Source: an uncultured Nitrospinota bacterium (lineage in GTDB: Bacteria; Tectomicrobia; Entotheonellia; J063; CAVPRW01). Taken from it: a DNA stretch of 64,000 nt. A program made the translations under genes and the position numbers. The stretch spans positions 1-64,000 of the forward strand of contig CAVPRW010000012.1 of the NCBI GenBank assembly GCA_963707985.1, given 5' to 3'. The notes under the pieces are model-generated. The model had not been told where the DNA came from, did no database searches, and saw nothing but the letters and a program-made list of their open reading frames with translations. Positions 11,211 to 22,208 of the stretch are shown piece after piece. The stretch's first letter is position 1; the number at the start of each line of letters is the position of its first letter.

Positions 11211-11321
11211 GAGGCTCTCCTTCTGGCGATCGCCGCTGGCGGCGCGTGACTATCCGCCAGGCTTGACCGCCTGTTGTGGCATCGCTACGGCGACGTTCGC
11301 AATTTTGGCATAGTGGGCGGC

Positions 11322-13823
11322 CTACGCCACCGGACAGGGCTTCACCCGCCAGATGTCGGCGGCATACTCTGCAATGGTGCGATCGCTCGAAAACTTTCCG
11401 GAGTGGCCGACATTCAGGATGGCTTTCCGGGCCCATTCCTCAGGTCGTCGATACAACTCTCCAACCTTTTCCTGCGTGCGAGTGTAGGCCGACAGGTCTG
11501 CCAGGTGCAAGTAATGGTCGCCATGGGTGAGGAGCGTATCCCAGATCGGGGTAAACACCCCATGCTCGGCATGGCTAAAAGCATTGTCGCGGATCATATC
11601 CAAGGCGTAGCGGACATCTGGCTCATGCTCGTAGTGCCAGTGGGGGTTATACCAGCCACGGCTGGCCAAAACTTCTTCCGCTGTCAGACCGAACAGGAAG
11701 AAGTTTTCCTCACCGGCCTCCTTGGCCATCTCGATGGTGGCGCCATCACGGGTTCCGACAGTCAGGGCCCCGTTCATCATGAACTTCATGTTGCTCGTGC
11801 CACTGGCCTCATAGCCAGCCGTCGAGATCTGCTCCGACACATCGCTGGCGGGAATCAGTCGCTCTGCCAGGCTAACATTGTACTCGGGAAGGAAGAGGAC
11901 CTTGAGTCGGCCACGGACCGCCGGGTCGGCGTCGATGACGGCCGCTACATCGTTAATCAGCTTAATGATGAGCTTGGCCAGGTGGTAGGCGGGAGCCGCC
12001 TTGCCGGCGAAGAAAAAGGTGCGGGGAGCGACCTCCAGATGCGGGTCATAGCGTAACTGGTTGTAGAGCAGGATGATGTGCAGAACGTTGAGCAGTTGGC
12101 GTTTATACTCGTGGATGCGTTTGATCTGGCAATCGAAGATCGAATCGGGGTCCACCTCATGCCCGCTCCAGCGACGAAGCCAGTCGGCGAAGCGCAGCTT
12201 GGCGGCGCGCTTGGCCTGGAGGAAGGCTCGGATGAAGGCCGGATCGTCGGCATAGGGTAAAAGCCCCTCGAGTTGGGTGAGATCGACCACCCACCCCTCC
12301 CCAATGGTCTCGGTGATCAGCTGGGACAACTCAGGGTTGGCCAGCAACAGCCAGCGGCGGGGCGTAACTCCGTTCGTCTTATTGTTGAACCGTTCTGGGA
12401 ACATGTCGGCGAAATCTTTGACCACCGTCGTACGCAGTAGCTCAGAGTGAATGGCGGCTACGCCATTAGTGCTGTGGCTGCCGGTGATGGCCAGGTTCGC
12501 CATACGGACCTGCTGGACCGGACCCTCTTCGATCAAGCTCATGCGTCCGAGGCGCGCATCATCGCCGGGGAAGCGAGTCTGCACCTCGTGGAGAAGCTGG
12601 CGGTTGACCTCATACATGATCTCCAGGTGCCTGGGCATAAACTGTTGGAATAACCGTACCGGCCACTTTTCTAGGGCTTCAGGCAATAGGGTGTGGTTGG
12701 TATACGCCAACGTGCGCGTAGTCAGATCCCAGGCGTTCTCCCAGCCCAGTCCGGCCTGATCGAGCAGGATGCGCATGAGCTCGGCCACGGCAAGGGCAGG
12801 ATGGGTGTCGTTCAGTTGGATCGCCACCTTGTCGGGCAGAGCCTGCCAGTCGTTGCCACGGCGGCGGAAGCGCGCCACGATATCCGCCAGCGAGCAGGCT
12901 ACCAGGAAATACTCCTGGGCGAGTCGCAGATTTCGGCCGCGCTCGGTAGAATCATCCGGATAGAGGACACGGGTCAAGCTCTCGGCGAGAATTTTCTGAT
13001 GCACTGCCCCGACAAAGTCGCCACTGCTGAACTCATCGAAATCAAAGGCTAGGGGTGCACTTGCCTCCCACAGGCGGAGGGTATTGATCGTATTGCCCCC
13101 ATAGCCGACCACCGGCCGATCGAATGGGGTGCCGAGCAGAATCATCGGCTGGTCGGAGAACACTCTCTCGGTCCCATTCTCCAGACGGATCGAAGCATTG
13201 AATTTGACCGGCACAGGTTCTTCTGGGCGGCCCACTTCCCAAGGATCATGCTGACGCAGCCATGGGTCAGGCTGCTCGATCTGATAGCCATTCTGGATCT
13301 GCTGGCGAAACATCCCATAGTGGTAGCGTAGTCCATAGCCGATCGCCGGTATCTGCATGGTCGCGAGCGAATCGATGAAGCACGCGGCCAGACGTCCGAG
13401 CCCACCGTTACCCAGGCCCGCATCCGGTTCCTCCTGTGCCAGCTGTAGCAGATCCAGACCCTCGCGCTGGATGATCTCCTGCACGATGGGTTCGACCAGC
13501 AGGTTGGTCAGATTATTGGTGAGCGAGCGACCGAGCAGGAACTCCATCGAGAGGTAGTACACCTGCTTCGGATTTTCCCGATCGTAGGTTCTGGTGGTCA
13601 GCAGCCAGCGTTGCGACAGAAGGTCGCGCAACGCACTGGCGATCGCCTCGTAACGCTGGCGAAGCGTGGCAGCTGGTGGCTCGACCACATGGTCGAAGAT
13701 CAAACGTCGCTCATAGGCTGCGTGGGGGCTGGTGGGGTATGTGACGTCTAACCCATGTTCGTAATGCTCCAGGAGATCCTTAAATGTTAACGGCGTCTTG
13801 GTCGAAGGCGCTTTGGCTTTCAT
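11322..13823 (-). CDS. glgP: Glycogen/starch/alpha-glucan phosphorylase
   Basis: GLGNGGLGRLAAC, QLNDTHP, KRIHEYKRQ, EASGTSNMK; start probably ATG 13823 after a GGGGAG RBS. Confidence 0.97.
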   Translation of the reverse strand: MKAKAPSTKTPLTFKDLLEHYEHGLDVTYPTSPHAAYERRLIFDHVVEPPAATLRQRYEAIASALRDLLSQRWLLTTRTYDRENPKQVYYLSMEFLLGRSLTNNLTNLLVEPIVQEIIQREGLDLLQLAQEEPDAGLGNGGLGRLAACFIDSLATMQIPAIGYGLRYHYGMFRQQIQNGYQIEQPDPWLRQHDPWEVGRPEEPVPVKFNASIRLENGTERVFSDQPMILLGTPFDRPVVGYGGNTINTLRLWEASAPLAFDFDEFSSGDFVGAVHQKILAESLTRVLYPDDSTERGRNLRLAQEYFLVACSLADIVARFRRRGNDWQALPDKVAIQLNDTHPALAVAELMRILLDQAGLGWENAWDLTTRTLAYTNHTLLPEALEKWPVRLFQQFMPRHLEIMYEVNRQLLHEVQTRFPGDDARLGRMSLIEEGPVQQVRMANLAITGSHSTNGVAAIHSELLRTTVVKDFADMFPERFNNKTNGVTPRRWLLLANPELSQLITETIGEGWVVDLTQLEGLLPYADDPAFIRAFLQAKRAAKLRFADWLRRWSGHEVDPDSIFDCQIKRIHEYKRQLLNVLHIILLYNQLRYDPHLEVAPRTFFFAGKAAPAYHLAKLIIKLINDVAAVIDADPAVRGRLKVLFLPEYNVSLAERLIPASDVSEQISTAGYEASGTSNMKFMMNGALTVGTRDGATIEMAKEAGEENFFLFGLTAEEVLASRGWYNPHWHYEHEPDVRYALDMIRDNAFSHAEHGVFTPIWDTLLTHGDHYLHLADLSAYTRTQEKVGELYRRPEEWARKAILNVGHSGKFSSDRTIAEYAADIWRVKPCPVA

Positions 13824-14010
13824 CGATGATGTCTCCCCTTGGGCTGAAGCTAAGAATCCAGCATGACCTGGAAGGAACATACCGCCGCTATATCACGAAT
13901 CGGTTATACCAATGTTAAATCCTGGGGTCCTTTTTTACAAATTGCATCAACCAGTCATAGTGGCGCGATCGATCAACTACACCCGTCGCCAACTTGCCTT
14001 CCGGCCCAAC

Positions 14011-14054
14011 ATCCCCCCTATTCCTCCATTAGATATAGGGGGCAGGGGGGATTT
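14011..14054. repeat. REP-like hairpin repeat
   Basis: atcccccct...aggggggat inverted repeat; 14037-14054 matches 63971-63988 at 17 of 18 positions. Confidence 0.55.
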
Positions 14055-14098
14055 CCAGAGGAAGCACGGCATGCCCAACGGGGTCTCCTGAACATGCA

Positions 14099-15505
14099 CT
14101 AGGTGTCCGGGGCTAACTCTACGCTGTAGATGTTCGCCCCCTGCAAATTGTGGAAGGAGACGGTCATTACTTCGCTCTTGCCGTCAATCTTCACCAGCCC
14201 GAAAAATTGCAGGCCGTCGCTCGGCGGCCGATTGGCCTTGAGACCCTCAGGGATGCTGAGGAACTTGACCTCGGGCCCGAAGGTATTGTCGAGTTTATTC
14301 GGCCCGAAGGTCCCGGCATGGAGCGGTCCGGCCACGAATTCTCAGAATGGCTTGAAGTCGGTGAACTGGGCTTTGGCCGGATCATAATATTGCGCCGCAG
14401 CATAGTGGACATCGGCGGTTAGCCACACGACATTGGCAATGTCGTTTGGCTTCATAAAGCTCAGTAAGCCCGCTAGCTCCAGCTCGCGACCCAGCGCTGG
14501 ACCATCACCGTTAGCCCATGCCTCAAAACCGTTGACATCGGGGACCAGGAGGCCCAGGGGCATGTCGCTGGCGATCACCTTCCAGGTGGCATTCGATGCC
14601 AACAGTGCACGTTTCAGCCAATGCAGTTGTGGCATACCCAGGAACGCCGTGGCGGCGCTTGACGCCTCCTGACGATTGGCGGAATTGGGCCCACGATAGC
14701 TCCGTTCGTCGAGCATGAACACGTCCAGCAAAGGGCCATAATGGAAGGCGCGATAAATCCGCTCAGGATCCTGTGGATCGAGTCGGAGTGGCAAGTATTC
14801 TAGGAAGGCGCGTTTAGCGTTGGCGGCCAGGAGGTCATGGCTCTTGACCATGTATTGCTGGTACCGCGGGTTGCGCTCATCGATGACTCCTCCTGGGAAC
14901 CAGTTGTTCGTCACCTCGTGATCATCCCACTGAAAGTATTGGGGGACTTCGGCGTTGAAGGCGCGGACATGTGCATCCATCAAGTTATAGACGTAATTAC
15001 CCCGAAATTCTGCGAGTGTCTCGGCCACCTTGCCTTTCTCCGGAGTCGTGACATTCTTCCAGATAATGCCGTCGTCGAGCTTGACCTCTGCGGCGATGGG
15101 GTTGTCGGCGTAGATGCTATCGCCGTTATGGATAAAAAAGTCCGGGTGCAGCCGACGCATCTGCTCGTAGATCTTCATGCCTCCCCATTCCGGATTGATA
15201 CCCCATCCCTGGCCGGCGGTGTCTCCCCCCCAAATGAAGCTGATATCCTGGCGCTGCGCTGGGGCGGTCCGCAAATGTCCGACCATTGGTACACTCAGAG
15301 ACTTGACGTCGATCAGATCCTGAAACATGACGCGGTAGAAGATCTCCTGGCCAGGTGGCAAATCGGTGACATCGACGTGGGCTGTAAAATCGCTGCTGGC
15401 TAGTGCTGCCGACCCTACCACTCGCTTGGAATTCTTGATGGTGGTCACGACGATCACCACCATCACGATGCTTCGCCAGAGGCTTCTCGTCCACGTGCTA
15501 AGCAT
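14099..15505 (-). pseudogene. phoD: Alkaline phosphatase D (in-frame TGA at 14342-14344, N-terminal region shortened)
   Basis: HNGDSIYAD, QWDDHE, WLTADVHY, FKPF*EFVAGPLHAG; RBS AAGGAG before ATG 15505. Confidence 0.85.
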
Positions 15506-16139
15506 GATTTTGCTCTCCTTAGAAATGTGGATCGCTCGTCCTGGCCGACAATGACGCATTGGAAGTCTCCTGCTTTGGCCAAGCAATCGTCAATGGTTCG
15601 GACAGCAACGCACATGATCGCATGCGAGATAGTATGGGGGAGTGTAGGTTTTTCCTATGTCGGTAACGTTAACAGTGGGTAAACAGCAAATCACAAGAGG
15701 ACAGCGATCCGTCACATTCCAGACGGGACTTTCGATATTCTGGCGTACACCATCGTACGTATCTCTCTCCCGAACATAGTCCAGGCAGGCACGCAGCTGG
15801 GGGCGTGTGCCCGCCGCACCGCTGTGGGTCTCCTGAAAAAGTTTGTCACAGTGCTGCGGCTTCTCGCGTTGGACGTCCAGACTTTACCCGACCGAGCTCA
15901 CCCGTGCATACCCTAGCCGTGCCATGATGTCGTGCCTCGTGTCTCAGGATTTCTTCGAGGATAGGAGAAGCCTATCATGCATGAGGGCAAGGATTCGGGT
16001 CAAAAACTCATGAATATGTCGCACCCCGGGGTCCGAAGCCCGTTGCTGCATGTCCTGTGGGCAGGCGCTGACGCGTGCCTGTCTAGCGTGTGGGACTGGG
16101 GCGCTCTCTGGAGCGCACTTCTGTGGAGCCATAGGAGAG

Positions 16140-16430
16140 CCGTACGCCGCCCTGGAGTCACGGCAGGGCACCGTGGTGGACGGTGGCATAACCGCCGCTG
16201 ACCGGCTGCTGGGGCTCATGGCGCAGATCGTGGGCCATCTCGACCAGGCGGTGGCCCACTTCGAGAGTGCGCTCGTCTTCTGCCGCACGGCTGGCTACCG
16301 TCCTGAGCTGGCCTGGACCTGCGGCGACTATGCCGACGCCCTGCTCCAGCGCAACAACTCTGGCGACCAGGAACAGGCCAACACGTTTCTGACCGAAACG
16401 CTCTCCCTTTCCCGCGTGCTGGGCATGTAC
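16140..16430 (+). pseudogene. TPR-region fragment of a LuxR/AAA-type regulator
   Basis: DRLLGLMA...AVAHFESALVFCRTAGYRPELAWTC...LGM helical repeat, cut by the ISKra4 remnant. Confidence 0.55.
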
Positions 16431-17246
16431 TTGGTAGAGACGCAGGCTGTGCACGGGGATGGTGCCGAAGACCGTCCGGACCTGTGTCGTGTGATACCCC
16501 GTACTGCGCTGCACGCGGCCGCAATGTCCATAGGGACGTTGCGTCTCCAGATAGGCCGTCATTTGCTGCTGCACGACGACCTCTTGCAGGGCTTTGAGGA
16601 TGGCTTTACCTTCGGCGAGCGTGAGGCCCAGTATGGTTAGGGTCAGGTCCTCCCGCTCTGGACAGGCGATGTCCTGGGTCTCGGTCTGGCCCTCATCAGT
16701 GGTGATCACGACCTGAATGGCGTACTTCATGACGATGTCCCGTCTGGCTGCACCAGCATACGTAACCGAGTATTGATGGTATGATGATCGAAGTGTTCGG
16801 GCCGAAACTGGAGGTACGCGTCGAGCTGAGCGACCGCTTCCCGAAAGGTCTCCGGGTCCCCGATGGCCTGGCGTATTGTCGTCTGGTCGTCCGCTTTCAG
16901 CAGGCGCTCGAGGGCAGTGGCAAGGGTGGCCATGGTGTCCAGTGGGACGTGGTGCCGGTCAACCCCGCTGTAGATAGGCCCACGCACCGCCACAATCCTT
17001 AGCGTGGATACGGAAAGCATGCAAGTGCTCGGCGCTCCAGGCGAAGACGCTCTGGAGCGCCGCATGGAGCGTGGCCAGCGACAGGTCGCTGCGGATGAGG
17101 AGCCGGCGCCAGATCAGCGGACTGATGCCCTACAGGACCACGCGGAATTGATGGACGCAGGGTGGGATGTATGAAGGCTCCAGGAGCGGAGCATACCGCA
17201 GGGGAACCAAGATCGCAAATGGTTCCCCCCAGAATCAAACGCTCTC
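16430..17246 (-). mobile_element. ISKra4-family remnant with a pRiA4b ORF3-like passenger fragment
   Basis: Transposase N-terminus 16430-16730 (LGLTLAEGKAILKALQ, RTVFGTIPV); upstream ISPLIWRRLLIRSDLSLATLH...EHLHAF; putative end GAGAGCGTTTGATTCTGGGG at 17246. Confidence 0.7.
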
Positions 17247-17255
17247 GGTTTCCCA

Positions 17256-18419
17256 GTGAACAAGGAGGGTCTCATGGATTGTAAGAATTCAGGCTGGCAT
17301 TGGCTGAACAGGGGTCCTGCCCGGGTTTTCCGGCTGCTGATCTGGTGGCTCCCCTTCTTGGTTTGGTGCGTCGACGCCCAGACACTGCCCCTGGAGCATA
17401 TCAAACTGCCGCCTGGGTTTGAGATCAGCGTCTACGCCAGCGGTGTCGAGAACGCGCGCTCGATGACCTTGAGCCCCAATGGCACGCTGTTTGTCGGCAC
17501 GCGCTCAGCGGGGAAGGTCTATGCGGTGGTGGATCGCAATGGGGATGCAAGAGCTGATGAGGTGATCACCCTGGCGCGCGGATTGAATTCGCCCAATGGC
17601 GTAGCGTTTCGGGATGGCGCGCTCTATGTCGCGGAAATCAACCGAGTGCTCCGCTTCGATGATGTCGAACAACGTCTCACCAGTTCATCACAGCCGATAG
17701 TGGTGAATGACAAGTTCCCAAAAGATGGCCATCATGGCTGGAAATTCATCCGTTTCGGACCGGACGGCATGCTGTATGTGCCAGTCGGGGCGCCGTGCAA
17801 TAGTTGCCTGCGCGATCCGGACCGCTACGCCGTCATTATGCGCCTGCGACCAGACGGGACACACTTAGAGACCTTTGCCCGTGGCGTGCGCAATACCGTC
17901 GGGTTTGACTGGCACCCCAAGACCAAGGATCTCTGGTTCACTGATAATGGACGCGATTTGTTGGGTGATGATATCCCTCCGGATGAGCTGAATCGTGCCC
18001 CGCAGCCAGGGATGCACTTTGGGTTTCCGTATTGTCACGGCGGGAGCATTGCTGATCCGGAGTTTGGCAGCAAGCGCCAGTGCTCGGAGTTCACTGCGCC
18101 GGTGCAGAACCTCGGTCCCCATGTTGCGGCGCTCGGCATGCGCTTTTATACGGGAACGATGTTCCCGGAAGCATATCGCCAGCAGATTTTCATTGCCGAG
18201 CATGGCTCCTGGAATCGCACCATGCCCATCGGCTATCGCGTCACACTGGTGCGCCTTGACAATCATCGGGCGGTATCGTATGAACCCTTTGCCGAGGGTT
18301 GGTTGCACGATGGCCGTGTCTGGGGACGACCAGTCGATGTCCTGGTGATGCCGGATGGGTCTTTACTCGTGTCCGATGATCGTGCCGACGTCATCTACCG
18401 TATCACGTATAAAGACTAA
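17256..18419 (+). CDS. PQQ-dependent sugar/sorbosone dehydrogenase family beta-propeller protein
   Basis: HHGWKFIRFGPDG, GAPCN, GVRNTVG, HGSWNR, GRPVDV; signal-like N-terminus. Confidence 0.9.
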   Translation: MNKEGLMDCKNSGWHWLNRGPARVFRLLIWWLPFLVWCVDAQTLPLEHIKLPPGFEISVYASGVENARSMTLSPNGTLFVGTRSAGKVYAVVDRNGDARADEVITLARGLNSPNGVAFRDGALYVAEINRVLRFDDVEQRLTSSSQPIVVNDKFPKDGHHGWKFIRFGPDGMLYVPVGAPCNSCLRDPDRYAVIMRLRPDGTHLETFARGVRNTVGFDWHPKTKDLWFTDNGRDLLGDDIPPDELNRAPQPGMHFGFPYCHGGSIADPEFGSKRQCSEFTAPVQNLGPHVAALGMRFYTGTMFPEAYRQQIFIAEHGSWNRTMPIGYRVTLVRLDNHRAVSYEPFAEGWLHDGRVWGRPVDVLVMPDGSLLVSDDRADVIYRITYKD

Positions 18420-18432
18420 GAGGAGAACCCCC

Positions 18433-19434
18433 ATGGAATACCGTGCATTAGGACGAACCGGACTGCGGGTGTCGATGCTGGGTTTCGGGTGTGGCAATGT
18501 CGGCGGGTTGATCATTCGTGGTGCCCATCAAGACCGAGTACGTGCCGTGGCCCGTGCCATGGAAGCGGGGATCAATTACTTCGATACTGCTCCGTCGTAC
18601 GGCAATGGACAATCAGAGCAGAATCTCGGGCAAGTGCTCCATGAGCTCAAGGCCGAGGTGTATGTCGGGACCAAGGTGCGGGTGCCACCAGAGGCATTCG
18701 GTGACGTACGCGGCGCCATCGCCCGCTCGGTCGACACCAGTCTGCAACGCCTGGGCCGCGAATCGGTCGACCTCATTCAGCTGCACAATCACATCGCTCG
18801 TCAACGCGAACCACAGTCCGCTGGTCTCAGCGTCTCAGATGTGCTGGGTGATGTGGTCACAGCCTTCCAGAATTTGCAGGCACAGGGCAAGGTCAAGTAT
18901 TATGGCATCACGGCTGTCGGGGATACGACAGCCCTACATGAAGTCATCGATAGCGGTACCCTCTATACCGCTCAGGTGTGTTACAACCTGCTCAACCCGA
19001 GCGCCGGGCAACCGGTGCCCGCCGGGTTTCCCAACCAGGATTTTGGCCAGTTGATCGACCGCGCGGCTTCCAAGCGTATGGGCTGCATTGGTATCCGTGT
19101 GCTGGCGGCTGGCGCATTGTCCGGCGTCATGGAGCGTCACCCGATTGCTGTGCCCAGCGTTGCCCCGATTGGCACGGGGGTGGATTATCAGGCCGATGTG
19201 CAGTTGGCGCAGGCGCTACACTTCCTCACAACGGAAGGCCATGCCGACAGCCTGGTCGAGGCGTCGATGCGATTTGCCTGGAGCAAGCCGGAGCTGTCGA
19301 CCGTCCTGGTTGGCTATTCCAGTCTCGAACATCTCGAGCAAGCCATTACGGCAGCAGCGCGAGGGGCACTGCCTGCCGCGGCCATGCGTCGCCTGGAGCA
19401 GGCCTGGGCAGCGTTCCCGGCGCCGAGAGTGTGA
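18433..19434 (+). CDS. Aldo/keto reductase
   Basis: YRALGRTGLRVS, FDTAPSYG, SLQRL..DLIQLH; RBS AGGAG. Confidence 0.92.
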   Translation: MEYRALGRTGLRVSMLGFGCGNVGGLIIRGAHQDRVRAVARAMEAGINYFDTAPSYGNGQSEQNLGQVLHELKAEVYVGTKVRVPPEAFGDVRGAIARSVDTSLQRLGRESVDLIQLHNHIARQREPQSAGLSVSDVLGDVVTAFQNLQAQGKVKYYGITAVGDTTALHEVIDSGTLYTAQVCYNLLNPSAGQPVPAGFPNQDFGQLIDRAASKRMGCIGIRVLAAGALSGVMERHPIAVPSVAPIGTGVDYQADVQLAQALHFLTTEGHADSLVEASMRFAWSKPELSTVLVGYSSLEHLEQAITAAARGALPAAAMRRLEQAWAAFPAPRV

Positions 19435-19523
19435 TTGCACCAGGCAGGCGTGAAGTGTATGATAGAGGCTGTCCCGATGTGGGCAACAGCAGGGCATGAG
19501 CCTCGACTGTGGGAGAGTCTGCC

Positions 19524-20568
19524 ATGAGCTCCGCCAATCCGCAATCGCAGCCCTATGAGGTCAGCGACACAGCAGAAGCGATCGAGTTTTATTACGAGAA
19601 GGGTTGGACCGACGGCCTGCCCGTGGTTCCGCCGACTGAAGCCAGCATTCGCGCCATGCTGGACGCCAGCAGACTGGAGCCTGGACAGGAGATTGCCTTC
19701 ATCGAAAACCGCCAGATCAGTGTCACCGCGGAAAAAGTGGCGATCAACGCGGTTATGGCCGGCTGCAAGCCTGAATATATGCCAGTGGTGGTGGCAGCAA
19801 TCGAGGCCATTGGCGACCCGCAATATGGCTATCACGGGCCGGCGGCGAGCACTGGCGGCTCAGCGGTGTTCATGTTGGTCAACGGTCCCATCGCCCGCGA
19901 GCTGGATATCAATTGTGGCGACAATCTGTTCGGTCCAGGCTGGCGCGCCAATGCTACGATTGGTCGGGCAGTGAGGTTGATCATGCGCAACGCCATCGGC
20001 ACGCTACCGGGGCAGCTGGACCGCAGCACCTTGGGCCATCCCGGGAAATATACCTATTGCATCGCCGAAAATGAGGCTGAAAGCCCCTGGCCGCCGGTGC
20101 ACGTGGAGCGCGGTTTTCGCCCGGAGCAAAACGCTGTCACCGTGTTCGCGGCCCTGGCACCGCATCAGATCGGCAACCAGCTCAGCAACACTGCAGCGGG
20201 CGTTCTGACCACCCTGGCTGATGGCATGCGTATCTCTGGCAGCGTCACCGGGCAACCACAATATGCCGTGGTGATTGCCGGCGAGCATATGCGGGTGATC
20301 GGCGATGATGGTTGGTCGAAGGCCGATATCAAACAGTTTCTCTTCGACCATACCCACACCAGCGTCGCTCATTTGAAGCGGACGAATCGTATGCCCGGTG
20401 CCATCCTCCCGGAGGATGAGACGAGGATGCGTCCATTAGTGCAAACGCCGGAGGACATCATCGTCATCGCGGCTGGTAGTAAAGCTGGGCGTGTTTTCGG
20501 CCTTCATCCCCGGATGGGGAGGCAAGAACGCGTCGCAGAGCGTCACGAAGGAGATCTGCCGTCTGTGA
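19524..20568 (+). CDS. Conserved uncharacterised partner of UGSC proteins (extra base near 20489)
   Basis: GWTDGLPVVPPT, KVAINAVMAGC, GWRANATIGRA, CIAENE; removing one G near 20489 restores AGVFSAFIPGWG...* ending at 20568. Confidence 0.75.
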
Positions 20569-20612
20569 GCGGCGGGTATGGGTGGAGTCATCTCCTGAAC
20601 TAGGAGGAGCGT

Positions 20613-21161
20613 ATGGAGAAACAGATCCGGGTCTTTGACCCCACGATCACGCCCAAGGAGCAAGCCCTACGCTATGCCCCTCGGCCAGCCAGCCTACAAG
20701 GCAAGAAGGTAGGTCTGGTGGAAAATACCAAATACAATTCGGATACCCTGCTGTTAAAAATCGGCAAGATCCTCCAGGACGAGTATGGAGTCCAAGGGAT
20801 GCTCTTGCGGCGCAAACGGAGCTCCGGTGTGCCCGCACATGAAGAGATCATTCGCGACATCCTGGCCGAGTGTGATGTGGTCGTTGCCGGGGTGGGAGAC
20901 TGAGGCTCTTGCAGCTCGGGCAGTGTGCTCGATGGCATTGTGTTTGAGAAGCGCGGCATCCCAGCCGCTTCGATCATTACCGACGTCTTCCACGCCACCG
21001 GTCGGGCGATGGCAGAAGCCTGGGGCGTGCCAGATTATAAATATCTGGCGATGCCTCACCCCATCGCCAACCTCACCGAGGAACAGCTCAACCAGCGTGC
21101 CCGCGACATCGTGCCGCAAATTGTCGACATCCTCTTGGGGAAGCACCTACCGCACTCGTAG
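20613..21161 (+). CDS. UGSC-family selenoprotein (182 aa, Sec at TGA 20901-20903)
   Basis: ORFs 20613..20903 and 20925..21161 are in the same frame; GVGD-U-GSCSSGS-VLDG gives a UxxC motif; hairpin immediately downstream. Confidence 0.9.
20910..20937 (+). promoter_or_regulatory. Putative bacterial SECIS element
   Basis: Stem UCGGGCA (20916-20922) / UGCUCGA (20926-20932), loop GUG beginning with G about 19 nt after the UGA. Confidence 0.65.
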
Positions 21162-21180
21162 GTTCCAGCCGAACCGCCAT

Positions 21181-21203
21181 GCCGAGAGGGCCTTCCTCTC
21201 GGT
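21181..21203. terminator. Hairpin between convergent genes (possible terminator)
   Basis: gccgagagg-gcctt-cctctcggt; no U-tract. Confidence 0.45.
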
Positions 21204-21248
21204 CTGGCTTCTCAGAGGTTACTGCACCCAATCACGTGTCTGTCGTGA

Positions 21249-22208
21249 CTACCACATCGTGGCCATGTGGGGCGGCTCTACGTTGATCCTCTCCAACCCA
21301 CCCGCATCCATGAGGGCGGAAAAGCGCTCCCGGCAGATGCGAGTGAATGCTTGGCCATAGGTTGGCAACTGTCGACCCTGAACATAGGCGATCGCCCATG
21401 ATCGTTTCAGGCCTGTACGACCGAGTGGTATGGCCACCAGTCTGCCTGCTTCTAGGTCAGCACGCACGACCCATGGCGGCAATACAGCAATGCCCAGGCC
21501 GACCTTGACCATTTCGGTCACTGCCTCGGCTTCTCGCACCTCCATGGTCTCGGGGGCGCCAGCCTCCTCCTTGGTCAAGCGGTCTAAAAGCAATTGATGC
21601 GTCAGGCTGGCCTTATTATAGGTAATCAACACCTGAGTGGCGAGCTCTGCCCAACGAACCCGGCGGCGTTTGGCCCATGGGTGCTCCACGGGAATAATGA
21701 CGAACAGTTCATCCTCGGCCAGGGGTTCAAAAGACAGCCCACGAACCGGCGGGGGGGCGACGAGGATGGCAATGTCCAACAGCCCTTCAAGGAGATGCTG
21801 CACGGCCTCGCCAGTGTAGTCGGCTGCAATGCTCAACTCAACGTGGGGATAGGCCTCCTTAAACTCCCGCAGAATTCGCGGCAGCAGGAGGTAGCAGCTA
21901 TAGCCAGCCGCACTAATGCGGAGACGTCCGCGACCAGGATCACGCAGTTCGAGCAGCGCTTGGCGTGCATCGGTCAGCTCTCGCAGGACAACGGTCGCAT
22001 GCTTGAGCAGGATCTCCCCAGCTTGGGTCAAGATGGTGCGCTTGCCGATGCGTGCAAATACCTCAACGCCGAGGATCTCCTCCAGTGTTTTGATTTGATG
22101 GCTGAGGGCTGATTGTGTGAGATTCAGAACTTCCGCCGCCCTGGTGAATCCACCTGCCTCCAGGACCGTCGTAAACGCGACGAGATGGCGAGTTTCTGGC
22201 AGATCCAA
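21249..22208 (-). CDS. LysR-family transcriptional regulator
   Basis: FTRAAEVLNLTQSALSHQIKTLE HTH plus substrate-binding domain; TTG start after GGGAGGG. Confidence 0.95.
   Translation of the reverse strand: MDLPETRHLVAFTTVLEAGGFTRAAEVLNLTQSALSHQIKTLEEILGVEVFARIGKRTILTQAGEILLKHATVVLRELTDARQALLELRDPGRGRLRISAAGYSCYLLLPRILREFKEAYPHVELSIAADYTGEAVQHLLEGLLDIAILVAPPPVRGLSFEPLAEDELFVIIPVEHPWAKRRRVRWAELATQVLITYNKASLTHQLLLDRLTKEEAGAPETMEVREAEAVTEMVKVGLGIAVLPPWVVRADLEAGRLVAIPLGRTGLKRSWAIAYVQGRQLPTYGQAFTRICRERFSALMDAGGLERINVEPPHMATMW

Noticed and set aside
14342..14344. In-frame TGA in phoD as selenocysteine or alternative genetic code
   Set aside because: It falls at the Trp of the PFWEFV motif (TGG to TGA); TGA is a normal stop in many other genes here.
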